A DNA stretch of 64,000 bases, taken from NCBI GenBank assembly GCA_963702095.1, contig OY969706.1, positions 448,001-512,000 of the forward strand, read 5' to 3'. Origin of the DNA: Candidatus Bathyarchaeota archaeon (GTDB lineage Archaea; Thermoproteota; Bathyarchaeia; Bathyarchaeales; Bathycorpusculaceae). Under the pieces are notes generated by a model. That model was not told the origin of the DNA. It saw only the letters and a program-made list of their open reading frames with translations, and did not search any database. Shown piece by piece: positions 59,823 through 64,000 of the stretch. The position numbers were made by a program, and so were the translations under genes. Within the stretch, counting starts at the first letter, position 1. Each line of letters opens with the position of its first letter.

Positions 59823-61547
59823 TTGGCAACCGAACAGAACTTAAAACCTGAACCGGAGCTACCCAAGACCCCCACGGGAATCCGCGGATTAGACGATATC
59901 ACTTTTGGTGGACTGCCTAAAGGACGGCCAACATTGATTGCCGGCGGGGCGGGCAGCGGTAAAACCTTGATGTCAATGGAGTTTCTTGTTCGGGGTGCTA
60001 CCCTGTTCAATGAGCCAGGGGTTTTCATGGCGTTTGAAGAGACGGCTACTGAGCTAGCGCAAAACGTTATTTCACTGGGTTTTGATGTTCAAGACTTAAT
60101 TGAAAAGAAAAAGCTAATTGTAGATTTCGTTCGTGTTGAACGCAGCGAAATTGAGGAGACAGGGGAATATGACCTTGAAGGACTGTTTATTCGCCTTAAC
60201 CATGCGATTGATTCTATAGGCGCAAAAAGGGTTGTTTTAGACACTATTGAGTCGCTGTTTGCAGGCTTAAAGAACCAAGCGATTCTGCGTTCAGAATTAC
60301 GCAGGCTCTTCAGGTGGCTAAAAGATAAGGGTGTAACTGCGATAATTACAGCTGAACGCGGCACCAACGAGTTGACTCGTTATGGCTTAGAAGAGTACGT
60401 TTCAGACTGTGTGATTATGCTCGATAACAGGGTGCACGGGCAAATCTCTACTCGACGCCTCCGTATAGTTAAGTATCGTGGTTCAATGCATGGGTCAAAC
60501 GAGTATCCCTTCATAATTGATGAAAGGGGCATATCCATAATGCCTATCACTTCAATGATGCTTGACTACAAGGTCCCAACGGATAGAGTAACTAGCGGCG
60601 TCCCCAGACTGGACACGATGCTTGGCGGCAAAGGCTTCTTCCGCGGCAGCAGTATCCTAATTTCGGGAACGGCGGGAACAGGCAAAAGCACCCTCTCTAG
60701 TCATTTTGCTAATGCAACCTGCCAACGGGGCGAACGCTGCCTCTACTTTGCCTTCGAAGAATCCCCCAACCAAATTGTAAGAAACATGAAGTCAGTTGGA
60801 ATAGACCTTCAACCCTGCATAAATAAAGGGTTACTAAAGATTAATGCTGTAAGAGCAACACTCTATGGCTTAGAAACCCACCTCGTTACTATGCAGCGGC
60901 TCATAGACGACTTTAAACCAAGCGTCGTTATCGTTGACCCCATAAGCAACCTGATTAGCATTGGTGATGCAACCGATGTCAGATCGATGTTAACACGCTT
61001 AATCGACCATCTTAAGAGCAAACAAATCACTGCTATGTTCACTAACCTTACACATGTAACCGGTTTAGAAAGCACTGAAGCCGAAGTATCATCAATTATG
61101 GATACGTGGATATTGGTTAGAGATATCGAGCTTGGCGGAGAACGCAACCGCGGTATGTACATCCTCAAATCCAGAGGAATGGCACATTCAAACCAGATAC
61201 GAGAATTCCTCTTAACTACCCAAGGCGTAGATTTAATCGATGTCTATGCAGGCCCCGCTGGAGTACTAACTGGCTCAGCAAGAATTGCCCAAGAAGCAAT
61301 AGAAAACGCAGAGCAAGAAGCAAGAAAAGAAGAGACCGAGAGATTGGCCCGCGATCTTGAACGCCGACGCAAAGTCATGGAATCCCAGGTGGCAGCCATA
61401 ACGGCAGAATACGAGGCTAAAGCTGCTGAAATAAAACAATTAATGAGCCAAGCTAAAGAACGCGAAGCAATCATCGCTGAGAACCGGGAAAAAATGGCAG
61501 AGTCCCGAAAAGCTGACGAAAAGAACTTAAGAGATAAAAAATCATAG
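59823..61547 (+). CDS. kaiC: Double-domain KaiC with C-terminal coiled coil
   Basis: Walker A GGAGSGKT and GTAGTGKS, FEE twice, KYRGS and KSRGM, VSSIMDTW phosphosite region. Confidence 0.95.
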   Translation: MATEQNLKPEPELPKTPTGIRGLDDITFGGLPKGRPTLIAGGAGSGKTLMSMEFLVRGATLFNEPGVFMAFEETATELAQNVISLGFDVQDLIEKKKLIVDFVRVERSEIEETGEYDLEGLFIRLNHAIDSIGAKRVVLDTIESLFAGLKNQAILRSELRRLFRWLKDKGVTAIITAERGTNELTRYGLEEYVSDCVIMLDNRVHGQISTRRLRIVKYRGSMHGSNEYPFIIDERGISIMPITSMMLDYKVPTDRVTSGVPRLDTMLGGKGFFRGSSILISGTAGTGKSTLSSHFANATCQRGERCLYFAFEESPNQIVRNMKSVGIDLQPCINKGLLKINAVRATLYGLETHLVTMQRLIDDFKPSVVIVDPISNLISIGDATDVRSMLTRLIDHLKSKQITAMFTNLTHVTGLESTEAEVSSIMDTWILVRDIELGGERNRGMYILKSRGMAHSNQIREFLLTTQGVDLIDVYAGPAGVLTGSARIAQEAIENAEQEARKEETERLARDLERRRKVMESQVAAITAEYEAKAAEIKQLMSQAKEREAIIAENREKMAESRKADEKNLRDKKS

Positions 61548-61561
61548 GTAGATGATTTCTT

Positions 61562-61873
61562 ATGAGCAGTGAAACCCAACCAGAGTTTTGGAATCTACGC
61601 CTCTACGTTGCGGGGCAAACGCCTAAATCCCAAGCAGCTTTCGCTAATCTCAAGAAACTCTGCGAAGAACACCTCAAAGGCAGATGCAGAATAGAGGTAA
61701 TTGATTTAGTTAAAAATCCAAAGCTGGCAGCAGGCGACCAGATTCTTGCGATTCCTACATTGGTCCGTAAGCTTCCAGAGCCGATAAGGAAAATAATCGG
61801 TGACCTCTCAGACACTGAACGGGTTCTGGTTGGGCTTGATATTCTTCCTCATCCACTGGAGAATACCGAATAG
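61562..61873 (+). CDS. kaiB: KaiB
   Basis: [36 protein letters not shown]. Confidence 0.95.
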   Translation: MSSETQPEFWNLRLYVAGQTPKSQAAFANLKKLCEEHLKGRCRIEVIDLVKNPKLAAGDQILAIPTLVRKLPEPIRKIIGDLSDTERVLVGLDILPHPLENTE

Positions 61874-61885
61874 GAGTTTAACAGC

Positions 61886-62251
61886 TTGAGCAAGAAAGAA
61901 ATCGGCGACGTAACCGAAGAGTTCGAGAAAGCACTGAAGGGCGAGAGTCAGGAAAAGTATGTTTTACGATTATATGTAACTGGCATGACTCCAAAATCAA
62001 TCCAAGCTATAGAAAACATCCGGAAAATCTGCGATGAACACCTAAAAGGGCGGTGTCAATTAGAAGTCATTGACATTTACCAGCAACCAAACTATGCTAA
62101 AACCGAACAATTAATTGCTGCACCCACACTCATCAAGAAGCTTCCTTTGCCGTTGCGGAAATTTATCGGTGACATGTCAAACAAGGAAAAAATCTTGATT
62201 GGTTTAGATATCATTCCCCGCAAAAAAGCAAACAAGAAAAATGTGAAATGA
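61886..62251 (+). CDS. kaiB: KaiB
   Basis: YVLRLYVTGMTPKS, AAPTLIKKLPLPLRKFIGDMS. Confidence 0.95.
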   Translation: MSKKEIGDVTEEFEKALKGESQEKYVLRLYVTGMTPKSIQAIENIRKICDEHLKGRCQLEVIDIYQQPNYAKTEQLIAAPTLIKKLPLPLRKFIGDMSNKEKILIGLDIIPRKKANKKNVK

Positions 62252-63516
62252 ATGGTCTCTATGACTAGCGAAAAAGATAACGCTGCCCTGCTCGCTGAAA
62301 ACCGTGCCCTGCATGAACAACTAGCCGAAGCGCAGGATACCTTAAGAGCTATACATCATGGAGAAGTAGATGCCCTAGTTGTTTCCACGCCTGAGGGCCC
62401 TAAAGTTTACAGTTTGACCAGTGCAGAAACGCCTTACCGTTTGCCTAGTTGAAGAGATGCAGGAGGGCGCAGTAATGCTAGGCGACGACAATAGCATATT
62501 GTACTGTAACAAAGGCTTTGCTGAAATGGTAAAGATTCCGCTCGATAAACTGTTTGGCGCAAACATCGAAAACGTGGTTGCCCAAGAACACATTGAAGCT
62601 TTCCGACAGCTTTTAGCTGCTGGCATGTCAAGAAATGATAATGCGCAAAGGGAAATAACTTTTCAAGCAGGCAAAGATAAAATCGTTCCCGCATTGACAT
62701 CTGTACGGACATTAAAAGCTAACGATATAACCACGACTTTTGTTGTTACCACTGACTTGTCAAAGCACATGCAAGACGACCTCAAAAGGTACACACAAGA
62801 TTTAGAGTCAACAGTCGCTGAACGTACAAAACAACTCAAAGAGTCCGAACGTTTAGCAGTCATCGGCCAAACCGCAGGCATGGTCGGCCACGACATCCGC
62901 AACCCACTCCAATCCATAGTGAGCGAACTCTACCTTGCAAGACAAGAACTCGAAGCAATGCCAAACAATGAAGTCAAAGTAGGACTGAAAGAATCCATCG
63001 ACAGCATAGAAGCCCAAACCTTCTACATAAACAAAATAGTTGCCGACCTACAAGACTTCACAAAGCCGCTTGCGCCAAACCCGCAACCAACAGATATAGC
63101 AACTATTATTCATGACTCGCTCTCAAGCGTGGTTCCACCGGAAAACATTGCAGTAGACGTCCAAGCAGAAAAAACCGCTCCCAAAGTCGACGTTGACGCC
63201 ATATATCTAAAACGAGTCATAATTAACCTCATTTCAAATGCGGTCCAAGCTATGCCTAACGGCGGAAAACTAACCATAGAAACCGATTACACAAACAGTC
63301 AAGCTTCAATAACGGTTCATGACACAGGCATGGGCATTCCTGAACATGTGAAACCCCAAATTTTCCAGCCCCTATTCACCACTAAAGCAAAAGGTCAGGG
63401 CTTAGGCTTAGCCGTCGTGAAACGCTTAACAGAAGCCTTAGATGGCACAGTAACCTTTGAGAGCCAAGTTGGAAACGGCACGGCCTTTCATAGTTAAACT
63501 GCCCCTAAAACGTTAA
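62252..63516 (+). CDS. Coiled-coil-PAS histidine kinase; frameshifts at ~62444 and ~63487
   Basis: LRAIHHGEVDALVV..AETPYRL joins LVEEMQEGA (PAS); GHDIRNPL, NAVQA, GQGLGL; ends ..FIVKLPLKR. Confidence 0.88.
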
Positions 63517-63615
63517 AAAAACAGCTAAACCATTTTTCTGTATTTAATAAACCGCAATCTAAAATAGGCACAGTGCATGACAACTTTCGCTAATCGCATC
63601 AGGAGAACAAACTTC

Positions 63616-64000
63616 TTGACTGTTTACTTATCCAGCATCGTTGGAAGCCCAAGCATAGGCGTATACTCGCTGGCAACTGAAAACGTAGTGATTATTCCAG
63701 TTATGGTGCCGCAGGACAAAGCCCAGGAATACGCTACTTGGCTCCAAGCTGAACTTATTCATACCTCGATCAGCGGCTCAGTTCTCATCGGGGCATTGGC
63801 TTGCGCAAACTCGAACGGGATGCTGGTTTCAAACTCCATCAGAGACGAAGAACTCAACCGTATCAAAGCAGCTTACAAAGGCAACATCACAGTTATGGAA
63901 ACCAAAAAAACCGCCTACGGCAACCTCGTATTAGCCAACGACAAAGGCGCCGTAATTGACCCCCGCTTCAAACCAAACGATATCAAAAAGATCTCCGAAA
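63616..64000 (+). CDS. eif6: Translation initiation factor aIF6 (runs off the window; absent from the ORF track)
   Basis: TTG start; SIVGSPSIGVY..SISGSVLIGALACANSNG..AYGNLVLANDKGA. Confidence 0.92.
   Translation, partial: MTVYLSSIVGSPSIGVYSLATENVVIIPVMVPQDKAQEYATWLQAELIHTSISGSVLIGALACANSNGMLVSNSIRDEELNRIKAAYKGNITVMETKKTAYGNLVLANDKGAVIDPRFKPNDIKKISE

Noticed and set aside
1-64000. Genome-wide TAG recoding
   Set aside because: Conserved genes (hypC, hypE, rpl14, rps14, rps8) end at TAG at their expected C termini

Overview
Archaeal chromosome segment. The gene repertoire (archaeal r-proteins, DUF5752, membrane-anchored wHTH, NosD-type and PEF-CTERM surface proteins) suggests Bathyarchaeia; this is an inference. 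Contents in order: [NiFe]-hydrogenase maturation genes hypF-C-D and hypE; the L22-to-SecY ribosomal superoperon, interrupted twice and with unusually long charged low-complexity tails on six r-proteins; a glycosyltransferase/radical SAM cluster; VapBC; an ATP-dependent DNA ligase; a BlaI/BlaR-like regulator pair divergent from a MacB-type ABC transporter, with three CTACCA-N7-TGGTAG operators; ilvC; a stand-alone LigD polymerase domain; and the S19e-PDCD5-L39e-L31e-aIF6 operon, split by a kaiB-kaiB-kaiC-kaiB-kaiB-PAS histidine kinase island. Two families of unannotated dispersed intergenic repeats (3 and 5 copies) sit at several operon-breaking junctions. Several single-base frameshifts, including one in secY, point to assembly errors. 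No rRNA, tRNA, CRISPR array or transposase was recognised. All family calls come from motif recognition by eye, not database searches.
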